A stretch of DNA of 64,000 bases from positions 1,787,624 to 1,851,623 of the forward strand of contig BDGG01000009.1 of the NCBI GenBank assembly GCA_001949185.1, in the 5' to 3' direction. The position numbers were made by a program, and so were the translations under genes. Shown in pieces: positions 61,501 to 64,000 of the stretch. Numbering within the stretch: position 1 is the stretch's first letter; each line of letters begins with the position of its first letter. The notes under the pieces are model-generated. The model did not search any database. It was not told the origin of the DNA and saw only the letters and a list, made by a program, of their open reading frames with translations. Source of the DNA: Ramazzottius varieornatus. Lineage: Eukaryota > Animalia > Tardigrada.

Positions 61501-62691
61501 GCCTTTTGATTACCCGTTGTCGATTTCCAGCTGTGCACACTCCCTTTGGATACGCGGTATGCGATTGCTGATGGATAGCAGTTCCTGCTCTTCTGCCCGT
61601 ATGTCCACTTGCGCGTTCCTTATACGATCGTGGATTTTGAGCATCATGACTTCGTTCTCCTGCATATGCTTGGAGGTGTTGTCGATTGTTGTTTGGTAGT
61701 GCTCGGCTTGCTGGGAAAGAACTTGTCCTTCCAAGATCCAGCAAGTGACCAGATGTCGCAGCTCTGGCTCTGTTGGGATCTTTTCCAGTGTAGAGCAGAG
61801 CTGGTTCTTGTCGACCTCCAATCTGCACAAGCCAACTGAAACATATATCTATCTCAAAACCTGTGCGTGGCAATCTCCAATAAATAGATACTCGGCACAT
61901 CCAGATACAGTAAGGGAGACTGGCAGACGAAATGTCCAACATCTGTCTCAAGTGGCGCATATTTCCCTTATTAATAGCCAGAGGAGTGCGCCACTGGAAA
62001 CGACGATCCTGGACGTCTCCTTTGCCGCATTCCTGCAGGCACTCTTGGTGGCGACCTACTTGTCGATTTCTTTATTCAGTCGTAGCAGATGGAAGCGGGA
62101 TTTCTCCAGCTCGTCATTGAGTCTTCTGGCATCTCCTCGAAGGCCTTGCAACTGCTGTTTGAGCTTCCTGGGTAGGGCATCAGCTTCGGCGACTTCTTCG
62201 GCATGATCCAGGCAGTAGCGAATCTGATCGACAACGAGGTCGTGCAGAGTTCGCTGCTGCTGGAACTTCTGGCTATACCTCTGGATAACTGATGTTATTC
62301 TCCGCCGTAGGTCGCTGGCTTGGCCGTATGTGACCACCTTGTGTTCAAAGGCGCTATCAAGGGCACTGTTGATCGGAAAAGTATCCAGTCGAGCTTCGAT
62401 GCGGTGGAGGTCCTTGGAGAAGGATGACCGGTCTTCGGCCAACTCGGCCAGAACGCCGTTTATCGAATCCGGCTTCCAGTTGGATTGGTAGAAAATATCC
62501 AAGGCTACGTTTTTGAAGGTTGCAGTTTTCGTTCCATAGCCCTCTGTGAAGATGGGATTCTCCTTTTCCGAGCGACTCGCGGGAACATAGCTTTGTAGTT
62601 CGTCCAGCGGATCATGATCAGAACCGATCCTGTCGTGTTGGTGACAGCCGGTGCGGTCGGCAGCAGGAACCGGCAACGATACATACTCCAT
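58567..62691 (-). CDS. Large coiled-coil protein of unknown family (multi-exon)
   Basis: About 10 exons with heptad-rich E/Q/K/R/L translations joined by plausible GT-AG junctions; family not recognised. Confidence 0.6.
60846..60894. repeat. Intronic palindrome core (coiled-coil gene)
   Basis: TGAGTGGCGCAT-N25-GCGCGCCACTTC. Confidence 0.85.
61949..61997. repeat. Intronic palindrome core (coiled-coil gene)
   Basis: CAAGTGGCGCAT-N25-GTGCGCCACTGG with GGCAG..TTTGCC arms. Confidence 0.88.
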
Positions 62692-64000
62692 CACAAGCAA
62701 AATATGAAGAGTGTTATTTAGCCATCTAGATCTCCCAGAACTGAAACCAGCAAATCCTACAAGTTTACTTTACGTACGCTAGTTCCGCTAAGTCAGGTTC
62801 GTGCTGATGAGTTGCTGAGGATGGTTTGCCACGTGACCTTGTTCATCGGATATCAGTGACGGCTCCGCATACCTTTTCCATCATCAAATTTATGGGATTC
62901 AAAGAAATTAAAAGCGATGAAGTCCAGAAACGGCACTGGGGCAGTAAGAAGAACGACGAACACTGCTGTGCTGCTGAAGCGCGCGTTGCTGGAAGGAAGG
63001 ACACCGTAAAGTATCCTTGACGTCATGCGTCAAAGCATAATGCGGGGCAGATTTTAGTCATGACGTAACCATTCTTTGACCTACAAGATTGTTAATGTGA
63101 CCGAAAAGTAAGATCATTCAATGAACCTCCACCACAGCTTGGGTGAAAAAGAAACAAAACCGCACTTCGGTTGATTGACTGCACCTGTTAGCTCAATGTT
63201 TGAAAAAGCACTTCTACCGATATTCGATGCTAAGATTTCCTAGATACGAGACCTGGCTCCGGTAAATTTATAGCCGACCATTTTGATTTTGCGCGTTTTC
63301 GCTTGCCATGCTCCAACAGACGCGCGCTTCAGAAGCACATCAGTGACGACGAATAGAAACGCCAGCGGAAGAGATTGACAAGGGAATTATGCCTGTCCCT
63401 ATCTGTCCAGGACCAAACTGTTCTGGCGACTTTAGAGCAGAGTCTCTTCTGGAAACTGAGCCAGAGAGTGAGATCGTGCGACGATTATGGAATGAGCCAC
63501 AGGATTCGAAGCCGCCGACGTAAATTTCGGGTAAATTCGGGCGAAATTGACCATTGCCCGAAGTCAATTGCCTTAGATTGCCTTGCCTGCTCCAAGCCTA
63601 CTACAAAGTTCACGTACGAGTCCCCGTCTCGTAGTTTATCTAAGATCGTCGCCGGATCCAGCTTCCTGGCTCAATTTGTAGAAAAGACTGCACCTTATCG
63701 TAAATGAGTATCGTTTCGCCAGAACAGTTCGGTCGTGGAACGGTGGAAGATGAGGATGGGCATAATTCCCTTGTGAGATTACTTCCGAATAATAACGCAG
63801 CGGTGCGGCACAAAAGTTCGGCATCGACCTGCGTCCACCAGTCCTCTCCGGGAAAACCATCAGCTGAGTCCTGTATTGATTGATTTATGTTAAAATATCG
63901 GTTATGGAGTGCATGGTGGGGCGCATGGGAAGAATACCCCGCTTTTCCTATTTGTTAGCGGTAGTGCTACGACAGGAGGGGCCAGGTGTACGATGCGCAT

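Noticed and set aside
730-61997. CRISPR array or bacterial REP/integron interpretation of the palindromic repeats
   Set aside because: The sequence is eukaryotic with spliceosomal introns. Copies are dispersed singly or as dimers, the loops are homologous rather than unique spacers, and there is no cas, TnpA-REP or integrase gene.
62700-64000. Possible gene or RNA in the right-end tract (CRE-like TGACGTCA at ~63018)
   Set aside because: No recognisable exon, RNA structure or repeat; a single 8-mer is not sufficient evidence.

Overview
Gene-dense, intron-rich metazoan (invertebrate-like) genomic DNA with mostly 60-110 nt spliceosomal introns. The ORF track therefore shows only exon fragments, and gene models below were reconstructed by eye from GT/GC-AG junctions and remembered protein motifs. 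Genes in order: LRP1-like receptor (-, runs off the left edge), TRPC channel (+), SENP6/7-like SUMO protease (-), CTU1 (+), DAP (+), ACTL6/ARP4 (+), SLC35F-like transporter (-), an orphan ORF (+), UBE2M (-), a full-length but inactivated hAT transposon (17-bp TIRs, 8-bp TSD), DPH3 (+), OMA1 (-), SAE1 (+), COPS4 (-), MUS81 (+), NCBP2 (-), a nested transposon cluster, and a long coiled-coil gene (-). The most striking feature is a dispersed ~120-bp palindromic element with core CAAGTGGCGCAC-N25-GTGCGCCACTTG. I count 31 paired copies. All lie inside introns of 9 different genes, including the transposase's own introns. Spacer length is almost invariant, and the inner core is far better conserved than the outer arms.
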